A stretch of 30,046 bases of DNA from positions 7,973,734 to 8,003,779 of the forward strand of contig CM119264.1 in NCBI GenBank assembly GCA_051294375.1, given 5' to 3'. The notes beneath the pieces were generated by a model, which searched no databases, was not told the DNA's origin, and worked only from the letters and a program-made list of their open reading frames with translations. Positions within the stretch are counted from its first letter, which is position 1. Each line of letters starts with the position of its first letter. The position numbers and the translations under genes are program-made. Source of the stretch: Paraspadella gotoi. Lineage: Eukaryota; Animalia; Chaetognatha. Shown piece by piece: positions 1 to 11,535 of the stretch.

Positions 1-125
1 AACGAGCGTCGTTTCCTTCAGCGTCAGCAGCGGTCGGTCCGCGCCGCTCCGGTCTTCCGAGAGGCTGGAACGTCCAGAGGGTGACCGGGTCTCCGAGGGG
101 GGGAAGCCGATTTGCTCAGGTTCAT
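1..125 (-). CDS. Putative next exon of the same gene, running off the window edge (DEPEQIGFPPSETRSPSGRSSLSEDRSGADRPLLTLKETTLV)
   Basis: Acceptor ttctttaag| at 127-126. The phase-1 join G+AT gives Asp and the frame stays open to position 1. GC-rich relative to the flanking intron. Confidence 0.55.
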
Positions 126-444
126 CTTAAAGAATTAACCGGGTGAGAATTTGTGAGCGATCGTAAAAAAAAACAACTTTTAATCGATGAGAATGTTCAT
201 TGTTTATTGAAGCGGAACCAAGATGGCATTTGCCTCCCAACCCCCAAAGGCTGGGGTTCGAGTGCGATTATATGCTAAAATCACTGTGCCACTTCCGGCT
301 GATACTAAGATCAGTAATTGCTTATTTCGGAATTACTTTAACTCCTGACAATTTAGTTACATGTGTCTTATAGGCGTTGTTATAAATGGAAAGTCTATTC
401 CAGACACAACCTCCCGAGACAAAAGAAATCAAAGAAAGACTTAC

Positions 445-681
445 CTGTTTGAAATCCTTCCGCGTTACGAGAGTGCGACTCAATTTCGATTCTCTCAACT
501 TTCGGAACCATCTCGGATTTATTTTTCGATTGGGAGGATTGATCAGTTTTATTGTATTTGTCTGATTTAATCTGCTCGAGCAACTCGTCCAAATCTGAGT
601 ATTTATCCTTTTCGAATTCGTAAATCTTTTCGCAGTCCTTGTAATTAACGCTCTTGCCCACTTCCTTCATTGAATCGTCTG
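445..681 (-). CDS. Putative internal exon of the same gene (ADDSMKEVGK...NAEGFQT)
   Basis: Branch-like CTAAC followed by TTTTTAG/CAG acceptor, 79 open codons and a consensus donor CAG|GTAAGT at 444-439. Phase 1 at both ends. Confidence 0.62.
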
Positions 682-843
682 CTAAAAAGAGTTAGGGTAA
701 AAAGGAACCAAAAATTTTTTTTTTCAAAAATACTCTGAGGTTCATTGTTGAAATAATTCTCAATGGTAAAGACTTCCGATACAAAATTCCGTTAACACCA
801 CAGCCACCACACCCCAACGACTCGAAACCTCACCCCAGCCAAC

Positions 844-1108
844 CTTCCATCGAAGACTTCGACGTGGAAGTGTCTTTAATTGAAGTCGCCTTCAATTCCT
901 CCAGCAGCGCCTCGTCCACTAATGATCCTTCCGACGAAGACCCGTGGCAGCCGCAGTCGACCAAGTTGGCGCTGCGCTGCGGACCCCGCGCCTTCGTCCT
1001 TTCCTGGAGCACCTTGGAAATGGTCGAGGAGTCCTCGTTGTTAAGCTTAAAGATGTCGATTTTGTCGTCAATACCGACGCCTCCGTCGGCCGAAGGTCGG
1101 ACCGACAT
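844..1108 (-). CDS. Putative first coding exon of an unknown hydrophilic S/D/E/K-rich protein (MSVRPSADGG...SKSSME)
   Basis: Open frame from aaaaaATG at 1108. The donor AAG|GTTGGC after 844 gives phase 1, matching the next exon. The donor is weak, and the alternative GTGAGG donor at 833 gives the wrong phase. Confidence 0.5.
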
Positions 1109-1306
1109 TTTTTAATAGGAGTAGGAGGGAGAGAGTTGAAATGAAGATCTGGAGTTTCGTGGAAGCGAAGTGGGTAAGGCGCTCGTTTAAAAGGGAAAAA
1201 GTCTGGAAGATAAAAGATAAAAGATATACGAGGTTGTAGAGCTATTTGGGAATTTTCTTTCAAGTCGCTGTAAAAAAAATTTTAAAGAATTAATACATAA
1301 ATAAAT

Positions 1307-2015
1307 NNNNNNNNNNNNNNNNNNNNNNNNNNNNNNNNNNNNNNNNNNNNNNNNNNNNNNNNNNNNNNNNNNNNNNNNNNNNNNNNNNNNNNNNNNNNNN
1401 NNNNNNNNNNNNNNNNNNNNNNNNNNNNNNNNNNNNNNNNNNNNNNNNNNNNNNNNNNNNNNNNNNNNNNNNNNNNNNNNNNNNNNNNNNNNNNNNNNNN
1501 NNNNNNNNNNNNNNNNNNNNNNNNNNNNNNNNNNNNNNNNNNNNNNNNNNNNNNNNNNNNNNNNNNNNNNNNNNNNNNNNNNNNNNNNNNNNNNNNNNNN
1601 NNNNNNNNNNNNNNNNNNNNNNNNNNNNNNNNNNNNNNNNNNNNNNNNNNNNNNNNNNNNNNNNNNNNNNNNNNNNNNNNNNNNNNNNNNNNNNNNNNNN
1701 NNNNNNNNNNNNNNNNNNNNNNNNNNNNNNNNNNNNNNNNNNNNNNNNNNNNNNNNNNNNNNNNNNNNNNNNNNNNNNNNNNNNNNNNNNNNNNNNNNNN
1801 NNNNNNNNNNNNNNNNNNNNNNNNNNNNNNNNNNNNNNNNNNNNNNNNNNNNNNNNNNNNNNNNNNNNNNNNNNNNNNNNNNNNNNNNNNNNNNNNNNNN
1901 NNNNNNNNNNNNNNNNNNNNNNNNNNNNNNNNNNNNNNNNNNNNNNNNNNNNNNNNNNNNNNNNNNNNNNNNNNNNNNNNNNNNNNNNNNNNNNNNNNNN
2001 NNNNNNNNNNNNNNN
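1307..2015. other. Assembly gap (N run)
   Basis: Run of N. Other sized gaps lie at 3642-4116, 4999-5008 and 5078-5326. Confidence 0.99.
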
Positions 2016-2896
2016 AAAAAAAACGCGAAAAGAAAAAGAAAAAAAAGTGGCCCTGCGTCACCTCCGCCGCGACTCCGAAGGGTCAACTCAGAGTGGCAAG
2101 GTGGCATTTGGATAATTTATTTTTCAGATTTGCGTCTTTCATCTGACAGTTGTATATTATATCAGTTAAAATTATTAATTAATTAATAATCTCATGAAAA
2201 TATTTTTTTTTGAATTTTTCTCCATAATTTTCAATAACTTTCTGTAGTAGCTTTTCTTTCTAACTTTTTTATACCGTCTTTTTATACAGGACTGGTAACG
2301 ACGTAAAAACATTTTCCTTTTTCCCAAGTCGTTCTAAGGCTTCCTTTTCTTTTTCCCTAGTTCCTTCTTTTTCTTTCTTCTCCTCGAATGACCCGGGCGG
2401 GTGGTTTAGGATGATTTAGAGCATCATTATTGACCGCTTTATGACCATTTTTCTTGGGGCGAACCCTCGGCCCTGACCCCCGCCGGGTCGTCGCTCCAGC
2501 GACCCCAAACCCGCTGCTCGTCTTTTTCTCTGCCCGCTCCCCTTTTCAGCTCCTGCCCTTTTGATCGCTTTATGGATTTTTGTCCCATTTTTTGGAATCG
2601 CGTTCGTCGCGGGTTTATTTGAAAAAAAAAAGGTTATGTTCTGTCACAATATGATATAATATAGTAGTGCAGTAATATTTTTATAAATTAATTGTTATTC
2701 GTATAATTTTTTTCGTCCTTGATTGAGTACAACAGATTCTTGTCCTTGAAAAAGTCAAAACGTTTCTAAATAAAAAATAAAAACTCTTAAAGGATTAATT
2801 ATTAAATAAAAAATAAAACCTCTTTTAAAGGATTAAATCAAAGTATTATTTCATTTTAGTTAATCAGTTTCCCTCTCTTCCACAATGCCCATTTGT

Positions 2897-3098
2897 CCTA
2901 GTAACGCACCCATCTCAAATGACCCCCCCCCCCTTGAGCACCACAACCTCGTGGGGACGAGGGGATTAACCCCGAGGACGCCGGACCCCGAAATGGTCAT
3001 CGGAGATCCGAGACTCGGTAGCGAGAATCCTCTCTCTCTATGCTACGCGCGTTGCTAAGCTCGTTGCTAAGGGGGCGTTGCTAAGGGGCGTTACTAGG
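2897..3098. promoter_or_regulatory. Cluster of RFX/X-box-like half sites
   Basis: GTTGCTAAG at 3051, 3063 and 3077, GTTACTAGG at 3090, and the reverse-strand CCTAGTAAC at 2897, all in a CpG-rich patch. Confidence 0.4.
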
Positions 3099-3199
3099 GG
3101 CGGCTTCGAAGGCGTCGCCGGGGGCTTGACCATCGCTCGTTTGCGCGGTTTACGGACTCGTGGCCTCCATAAATTTCGAATGTAATCGTTTGTCGGGTT

Positions 3200-3362
3200 T
3201 TAGAAAGGCTGCTGTCGCGGTTGTGCTGCGGCCGCTGTCTTAACCGGCGATGCTGCGGCTGTCGGATAAGATATCACGCTTAAATCGAACGCGTGGGTGA
3301 CTTGGCTGCGGCGGATGTCGCTGTTGCTGCTGCAGAGACTTTGAACAATTTTTGAAGTCGTT

Positions 3363-3393
<31 letters not shown>

Positions 3394-3619
3394 TATCGAC
3401 GTTCGCGATGGCTGTCTGCGGTGAGCGCGAGGCAGAAGACTGATAAGGGGATAAAGGAATTGTCAAAGGGATCGACTCGGGGGACAACGACAACGACCAG
3501 AAAGACGACGAAGAAGAAGGCAGGAACGACGACGAAGACGACGACGAAGACGACGACGAAGACGACGACGAAGACGACGACGAAGACGACGACGTTGATT
3601 CGCCGATTGGACTTGTCAT
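3200..3619 (-). CDS. Doubtful Ser-rich ORF
   Basis: 139-aa open frame, much of it explained by trinucleotide repeats. No recognisable domain. Confidence 0.15.
3365..3594. repeat. (GAC)n tract (3365-3392) and (GACGACGACGAA)n 12-mer tract (~3527-3594)
   Basis: Read directly from the sequence. It produces the poly-V and poly-S runs in ORF 3200-3619 (-). Confidence 0.9.
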
Positions 3620-5647
3620 GATTTCACACGTTTTACATTAANNNNNNNNNNNNNNNNNNNNNNNNNNNNNNNNNNNNNNNNNNNNNNNNNNNNNNNNNNN
3701 NNNNNNNNNNNNNNNNNNNNNNNNNNNNNNNNNNNNNNNNNNNNNNNNNNNNNNNNNNNNNNNNNNNNNNNNNNNNNNNNNNNNNNNNNNNNNNNNNNNN
3801 NNNNNNNNNNNNNNNNNNNNNNNNNNNNNNNNNNNNNNNNNNNNNNNNNNNNNNNNNNNNNNNNNNNNNNNNNNNNNNNNNNNNNNNNNNNNNNNNNNNN
3901 NNNNNNNNNNNNNNNNNNNNNNNNNNNNNNNNNNNNNNNNNNNNNNNNNNNNNNNNNNNNNNNNNNNNNNNNNNNNNNNNNNNNNNNNNNNNNNNNNNNN
4001 NNNNNNNNNNNNNNNNNNNNNNNNNNNNNNNNNNNNNNNNNNNNNNNNNNNNNNNNNNNNNNNNNNNNNNNNNNNNNNNNNNNNNNNNNNNNNNNNNNNN
4101 NNNNNNNNNNNNNNNNTTTCTCTCTCGCCCCATTGGCAACGACGACGAAGACGATTCTCTCCCGCTTCTTTTGATGCGCCACCCAATGGATTGGAATCAC
4201 ATAACAAAAGGGAAAAGGGAGAAGATGGCGTCCGATTGATTTTCCGTTAGGGTTCGCATCGACGGCCGATATTCGTTGTACTTTAAACTATCATTTAATA
4301 GCAATCGCTGCAAGTAATGTAAGGGATGATACGTACATATAAAAAAAATTATGTTATTAAAACATGCCAAATAAAGCGATCAATGGCGCCCCTAACCAAT
4401 TCCTGGAAATCGCTCTCGATGTTAAATCGAAATGATCAAGGGCATCCCTAAACTTTTCTCCGACAACACTCTTGAAGTTCGCGCCAAAAATCCGCAGAAG
4501 GTCATTACGTTTGATTGTTTGGAATTCGGTGATTCCCGAGAGAGGGCGATAGAGAGACGAGGAAGAGGAGGAGCAGCAGAGAATGTAAGAGAAATAGGAG
4601 GAGGAAGAGAGGAAGAAAGAAAAGGAAATAAAGGTGAGGTTGTAAAGGAGGAGATAAAAGTTTTTATTTCAAGGAATCGATTCTCAACAAATTCTCAAGA
4701 AGGTGAGAAGAACCGGAGTTATTTTTAGAAAAGTCATTGCGAAACTCTGACACAGTTGATGATAAATCACGGCGAAGTAATTGAATCATCGAAACGATTC
4801 ACGTGTTTAGAAATTATTCTGGTTTCTTTTGTTTTTGTTTTCGTCAACATGCCCGCCATTGATTCACATTTCCAAATTTTTAATAATCTGTCAAAAGTAC
4901 CTCATTAAAAATAACAAAAATATATTATTTTTGTACCAAATCATGTATCCACTATCCAAAATCCATGGTATCCTTGTGCAAAATGTTATTTTCTTATTNN
5001 NNNNNNNNGAGCGATTTCTTTTGTATTATTGCTTAGTATTTTGTCTATTGCATTATCCGATTTGTATATACTCTGATNNNNNNNNNNNNNNNNNNNNNNN
5101 NNNNNNNNNNNNNNNNNNNNNNNNNNNNNNNNNNNNNNNNNNNNNNNNNNNNNNNNNNNNNNNNNNNNNNNNNNNNNNNNNNNNNNNNNNNNNNNNNNNN
5201 NNNNNNNNNNNNNNNNNNNNNNNNNNNNNNNNNNNNNNNNNNNNNNNNNNNNNNNNNNNNNNNNNNNNNNNNNNNNNNNNNNNNNNNNNNNNNNNNNNNN
5301 NNNNNNNNNNNNNNNNNNNNNNNNNNGCGCCGGCGGCGGCGGCGACGGCGGAAATGACGCTCGTGGCAAATGGGGAGGAAAAGACAACGGCGCGAATAAA
5401 GGAACATCAACAGGGAAACGACGAGGCAAATGGGAAGGAAGAGAAAGGGAAGGAAAGAAGACGGCCAAAAAAGAAAGAGAGAAGATATAAATGAAGAAAG
5501 GTTGAGGACTGAGGAGTTGAGAGGGAAACCTTTAAAGAGTTTATACAATATCTGACTCACCTATAGATATCGAGAATAGAAATTCTTTAAATTAAGTCGA
5601 TGTAAACTTGACTTCGTGAGTCAACAAACAAATCCTCCATCTGCCAG

Positions 5648-6039
5648 ATCGACGACGAATGCTTGGAATAAATGCCAGAACGATGACGAACGCGGCTAAC
5701 GAGAGAATCGGGTCATCATCGACGGGTCTACAACCGGCGTCGAGCGGGATTCTAAACGGCGCCGCCCGACGCCGCCCGACGCCCGTTCGTCATTCGCCCA
5801 TCACGGAATTATCTTCGCTTCGATCGCGAGCTTCGCCTTCGACGCCGTCATCAAAAAAAACAAACATTTCCCGCGTCAAAACGACGACGTCGATGACGAC
5901 AGAGGCGTCGACCAAATCCACCGACGAAGAGATGGAACTCAGATATCGGCGACGGATCGTTGAGCGTTTTGGCGCCAAAGTTGGCGAAGCGAAGGAAAAG
6001 AGAGAACGAAAAAACCATACTGTTTTGATCCGGATTTAA
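5648..6039 (+). CDS. Possible terminal coding exon, S/T/R-rich with a charged C-terminus
   Basis: Acceptor-like ctccatctgccag| at 5647, about 130 open codons of non-repetitive GC-rich sequence, stop at 6039 and AATAAA at 6066-6071 in AT-rich sequence. No homology recognised. Confidence 0.3.
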
Positions 6040-6393
6040 TGGCATTAGATTGTCTTTTCTTTTCCAATAAAAATGTATTTTATTGATGTTTTTTTCAGTA
6101 TTTAACCGGAGGCAATAAGGTTTATAATGTCCTTGAATAAGAGTATTTCCTCATTTATATTATTCCCCCTTTATCAGATTCAAGAGAACCACAGAATCCT
6201 AGCCCCACTTACTCTCCTCACCCTTTCCCCCCATCCCACCCTCACCTCTCCCGCGGCCTAAAAACTCGATTATCGCGACGAAGAATCGAATTCGTTGTTT
6301 GTGAAGAGAAGAAAACGGATGCGAAAAGAATCCATCAAGAAATTTGCTCTCTGTCACGACCGGCGACGATTATGATCTTGGGCGGAGCGAGCG

Positions 6394-6396
<3 letters not shown>

Positions 6397-6442
<46 letters not shown>

Positions 6443-6611
6443 GTCTAATCTTAACCACTATCTCAAACAAAGTTGCCTGCTCTTTGATTGATCTTCTTTG
6501 AATCGATTCCGCATAATTTTTTCTCATTTTCCGGTTTATCGTCGCGAGACTTCGGAGAAGAAATGAATTCAAACTCGAGCTTCATTCGTCTCCGGCCTCG
6601 AAATGACGGGT

Positions 6612-6668
<57 letters not shown>
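6397..6668. repeat. Two (CT)n microsatellites (~6397-6442 and ~6614-6668)
   Basis: Read directly from the sequence. Confidence 0.95.
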
Positions 6669-6670
<2 letters not shown>

Positions 6671-7136
6671 TCTTTAAATTTTATTTTTCCCTCTCTTTTT
6701 CTCTCTTTTTATTTAATTCTATTGTTTCTTTTCACTAAAATTTTTATTAATGAACATTCCGAAAAATCTTTTTATTCGTCGTCATACTAAATAGTTTAGT
6801 CTTTCCATATAATTATCAAAATATTATGTTTTGAATCCAAGGAGCAACATAAGTTTGAAAAGAGAATGAAAAGCGGGAAAGGAAAGCAAAGAATCGAGGT
6901 AGAAAAACACAGGGAAAAGGAGAGAAAGGGGGGGGCAGAAGGAGTGAGCGGGAGCGTCTTTTTTGATGAAAGTCTATTTGTCACCAATTCAAGTCAGAGG
7001 TTAAAGAAGAATAAGAGGAGGAAAGGAGAAGAGGAAAGAGGAGGAGGAAGAGGATAGCGAGGAAGAGCGGGAGAAAGAGGAGGAAGAGAAGGAAGAGGAG
7101 AAAACTTATGAGCCGAGAGGAAAAGCCTTTGTCGGG

Positions 7137-7400
7137 ATGGAGGAAAAGAAATGGAACATGAAGGAAAAAAAAAGGAACATGGAAGAAAAGGAAAGGAGAA
7201 TGAAGGAAAATAAAGGGACCATGGAGATAAAGGAAAGGAATATGGAGAAATATAAAGAAATTGAGTTACATGGAAGAAAATGAAGAAACAAGAAGAAAAA
7301 GTAAAGAACATGGAAGAAAAGGAAAGAAACGTAGAGGTAACGAAAAGAAACTTAGGAGGAAATAAAGTGGCGATGGAGGAAAATAAAGTCGAGGCGGAAG
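7137..7400 (+). repeat. Degenerate 21-nt purine-rich tandem repeat (consensus approx. ATGGAAGAAAAGGAAAGGAAC)
   Basis: ATG recurs every 21 nt from 7137 for six units, and further units follow after a register shift. Confidence 0.65.
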
Positions 7401-7525
7401 AAGAAAAAAAAAGAAAAAAAGAAGGAAGAAGGACGAGATAGGAGAAAATCCAAATTGTGGACAAAAGAGTGAACTAGACAAAAAATTAACTAATTTTTTC
7501 GAAATAAACGTTGTAGGTTTTTGAC

Positions 7526-8389
7526 TTAGCTTGTTGGTATTTGAGAAATCTTTAGCTTCTTGAATCTTTGGCTTCCCTTTCGCGTGAAGCCACGAACGTC
7601 TTTCGATTGAGACAAATCGTCGTCGTAATTCAAACTTCCTCCTCGATCCTCCACTTCACAAAATCTATTACCGTCGACGATTTTTTTTTCTCTCCGAAAA
7701 TTTTTTTCGCGAAAATTCAACAGAAATATAGGAGAAAAAATTTCATAGGATTTTTTATTTAAAAAAGCTATATATTTTTTTGGTAAATTATAATTAATCT
7801 CGAATCTTGCAATGGCACATTGCTCTCGCTCCAATACCCCATCTCTAAAATTAGTTTTATCTTAATTCCACCGCTTTGATTCATCCCTTCGCTCCATCCC
7901 CTTGCTCCACAAATTCCGCTCCAACGCTGCCACTCCACCTACGCCGCTCCACCGCCGAGAAATCCCACTGGAGCGTCGACGGTAACCATTTATTTTCGGT
8001 TCTTGTTTTATCGACTTCTTAAGGTCTTCATTCTTTATTATATCCGACGGCGGCCGGCTCTTCCCGCTCTTCCCGCTCTTCCCGCTCTCCGGCCACCCCT
8101 TCGTCCCCTTTCCGGCAACCTCTCCAAAAATGACAGGTTTCCGATGTCCCGTCCCGTTCTCGTTCCCTTGTAAACCCCTTTCTTTTTCCTTCCTTTCCCA
8201 CCTTCTCTTTAGTTTGTCCTGCATTTTATGCTCATCAAGTCCTAAGTCACCAACTTCTTTCACGTCCTGACTTTTTCCTCTCACAAACCTTCTTTTTGCT
8301 TTCACGTCCTTGCTTTCCCTTTTCTCATATGCCTTTTTCCCCCTATCACATCCATACTTCCTAAGCACATCTCTTAATTTTAATCTCAC
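7526..8389 (-). CDS. Two in-frame K/R/E/G-rich ORFs (7862-8389 and 7526-7834) separated by one TAA; possible gene fragment or pseudogene
   Basis: Same frame, with the stop at 7864-7862 followed by 9 open codons into the next ORF. No ATG at either annotated start, no clear splice structure and no domain. Confidence 0.2.
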
Positions 8390-8470
8390 ATCCCTTTTTT
8401 TTCATACTAACATCTTTTCTTTTTCCTATCACGTCTGTTCATTCCCTTTTTACATCCCATCTTTCCAGTG

Positions 8471-8628
8471 TCTCCCATCCCGACTTTCCAGTCTCCCATC
8501 CCGACTTTCCAGTCTCCCATCCCGACTTTCCACTCTCCCATCCCAACTTTCCACTCTCCCATCCCGACTTTCCTATCTCCCATCCCGACTTTCCTCTCTC
8601 CCATCCCGACTTTCCTCTCTCCCATCCC
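8471..8628. repeat. 21-bp minisatellite TCTCCCATCCCGACTTTCCNN, 7.5 copies
   Basis: Units start at 8471, 8492, 8513, 8534, 8555, 8576, 8597 and 8618 (partial). Confidence 0.95.
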
Positions 8629-9239
8629 TTTTTTTTTTTCTATTCTCACTCATTCGACCCAGAATCTCAGTCGTTTTTCGCTTTTGCTCCGTCGCGCGTC
8701 GCTGCTTCTCAACTCGGACGTTACGCCAACTTCACGCCACAAGTCACGGCTTGTGTCACGGCCCGTTGGCCCGTTCACCCACGTTTACGTTTGGTGAGAT
8801 ACCACAAGAGTCACACGTTAAAACTTAAAGAATAAGTTAAAATCTTAACACACTCCGGCTCACTCACAATTAAGGAACATACTAAGTCCTTCTTTCCTCT
8901 GTCTCGAATAGAATTCGTTATCCAAGCGTCACGCTCGGATTCGCGTCTTCCGTCCGCGAGGTCGCTGCCTCGGCGGCGTTGGATCGTGTCGCGCACGAAG
9001 TTCTCCTCGCTCTGTCGTGTTTACTTAAATGCTTTACGTGTACAGTAATGTAAACGCACACATGCTGCGCAGTGCGCACACGTGCATAATTGTTGTTTAT
9101 TTTAAATCATTTAATTTTCTATCAATTTTTTATTTTCAATTGTAAAAAAGAAAACAGAAATATTTTATATTTACTTGTACTTCCTCTAGTTTTGAGGCGG
9201 TCGCGCCCAGTTTCGTTCGTTCGATGCATTCATTCTCAA

Positions 9240-9309
9240 TTCAGTCCTCGTTCAGTCATCGTTCAGTCCTCGTTCAGTCCTCGTTCAGTCCTCGTTCAGT
9301 CCTCGTTCA
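9240..9309. repeat. 11-bp tandem repeat TTCAGTCCTCG, about 6.4 copies
   Basis: Six full units, one of them with a C>A change, plus TTCA. Confidence 0.95.
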
Positions 9310-9776
9310 CTGCGCCTTCCTTCTTTTCTTTTGCAATTTCGATCTCATCTCAATAATCGATGCATTGTGCAGCCAACATTGAAACCATTGTGCTCAACAA
9401 AGCAGCTGCCGACGCTTGCGCCAAAAAAAACTTTTTCCAATGTAATCACTACTTTAGTAAAAATTCTCCATTGATCTCCCGATCGATTTTCGGCTCAACC
9501 ATTGTGGAGCTCGCGAACGCGAGTTCCGGAGGCGGAGAAAGATCGACTCCAAAGCTGAGCTTCTATCTCTCATCGAATGATGAAAACAAATCAGGGAGAT
9601 ACGAGAAGGTTGAAGCAATATACGTCATTGGTACGGGCGTGTGAGAGATATCTATGATATGGGCAGGATTGTTTTTTTGATTCTTTCTTTTCTACTCCAT
9701 AGTAAGTTCATAGTAAAGTCTACAATAACTATGTTTTTTTTAAATTTGATTTTCTTTAATCTCTAAATTCTCTTCT

Positions 9777-9876
<100 letters not shown>

Positions 9877-10659
9877 TTGGCTTCGGCTCAAACGCAACCC
9901 CCCCCTCCGCGGCACTACACCCATTCCATTCCCTCAGTTCCCAACCTTCCTCCCTGCCACCCAAATATATCCGTAAATTCGTCCCGTCTTCCTTGGCTTT
10001 CTCCCAGCCCCCAAAATTTATGAATAATCCACACCCCATAAACCTAAACTGGCAGTTAGTATAATGCCTTACGAAGGACGCCAGTAAACATCCGAATAAA
10101 ATGCCTTTGGATATGGGGACCGGGTTTTTATTAATTCAGCGCCGGCAGAGAAAGGGGGGGTGGGGGGAAAAGGAGGGGCGGAGGGAAGTCTAAAAATAAT
10201 CCTCGTGATATCCTCATTTCTCGCAATTCGTGAATTCTAAAATAAAAATTGGCAAGAAGTTCGTGGCGCCTTCATTGACTTTCATAAAGTTTTCATAGTT
10301 TATCAGTTTATCTACGTATTTTAAATTGACAATATTATTAAAATAGACCGTATATGCTTTGGCGTAAAAAAAAGCGGAAAAGCGGTTGAGACAAGTCGCC
10401 GAATAAATTTTAATTTCCGGGATTAATTACCGAGTTTAACTCCGTCGCCGGAAGAGGGCGAGGCAGAGGGAATGGGGGAGGCGTGAAAGTAGGATTGGGG
10501 CGGCGCCTGTTTGGGTTTTAAATATAACGCGAGACGCAACTACAGTGCGAACGACACTCGTTATCTATTATAGGAATTTTTTTTTTTTTTTTCGGTTCGT
10601 GTCTCGCTGTATGTCAAAGAAAGAAGATAACAAGATTTAATTTGACGAGGAATTGAAAG

Positions 10660-10728
10660 TGAGAGGAAGAGGAGACGAAGAGAAGAGAGAGAGAGACGAG
10701 GAGAGAGGAGAGAGAGATGAGAGAGAGG

Positions 10729-10762
<34 letters not shown>

Positions 10763-10798
10763 AAGAGGAGGGAAGAGAAGAAAGCGCAGAGAGAGAGA
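10660..10798. repeat. Imperfect (GA)n purine tract
   Basis: Read directly from the sequence. Confidence 0.9.
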
Positions 10799-11410
10799 TG
10801 GAGCGGGCTGCTTATTTAATGGCGCGTTGACAAGCAATGTAGTAAAGATTCCATCGAAAAGACAAATAAATATATCATGAGGAGGACGGGAGCCGAGAAG
10901 AAGGATGACATTAGAGGTCGAAGGTTATGATGATGGAGAAATCGAAGGGGAAAGTTTGGGGGGGGGATGATAAAAAGAAGGAAGGGGGTATGAAGAAGGA
11001 GAGGAAAGGAGAAGAAAAGAATTAAAACGTATACGCAATAAACAGGGTTGGTCGGTAGAGAAAAAGGGGATTTCATTGGCTGTGGTTTCAAGAGCTGACT
11101 GTGTGAATACTGAGCGTAAAGCCAAATCGTTCGTTTGTTTTAAGCGACACGGTTGGTTAAAATTGGCCATGTTCTTGCTGACATCGGTTGAGAATTTAGG
11201 TCATAAACAATTGAGACAAATTTAAAATATTTATGCCCAGTTTAAAACTTAAAAATAGAGGGAAAAAAAGGGGAAAAAAATATTTTTTTTACTCGAAGTG
11301 GCGATCACACTGCAGCAGTCTCACTGAGAAGACGACCTTGGGTCTGGAGAAGAGGGAAGAGGGAAAGAGCTTCGATTCGGAATCGAAAATAGAAAGAAAA
11401 AAAATTGGGG

Positions 11411-11452
11411 AAAAATGGCGTCTTCCTTTCTTTCTCTGTCTTTTTTGGGTTT

Positions 11453-11535
<83 letters not shown>

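Noticed and set aside
3445-3641. Acidic D/E-rich plus-strand frame
   Set aside because: It is preceded directly by TGA TAA with no acceptor or start, and the GAC/GAA repeat explains it.
1187-5560. Long ORFs spanning N runs (also those at 25092-27489)
   Set aside because: Their length comes from X residues translated from gaps.
7526-8660. Stop-codon reassignment making one long minus-strand ORF through the minisatellite (RDGRxES repeats)
   Set aside because: The extended frame contains TAG, TAA and TGA, so no single reassignment opens it.
9060-9088. NRF1-like GCGCAGTGCGCA and a single CACGTG
   Set aside because: Imperfect, isolated matches with no other promoter evidence.
8471-9309. Short tandem arrays as CRISPR-like repeats
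   Set aside because: Units are head-to-tail without unique spacers, there are no cas genes, and the context is eukaryotic.
9360-9644. 94-aa non-repetitive plus-strand ORF
   Set aside because: No recognisable motif or supporting splice signals, and the length is within what chance allows.
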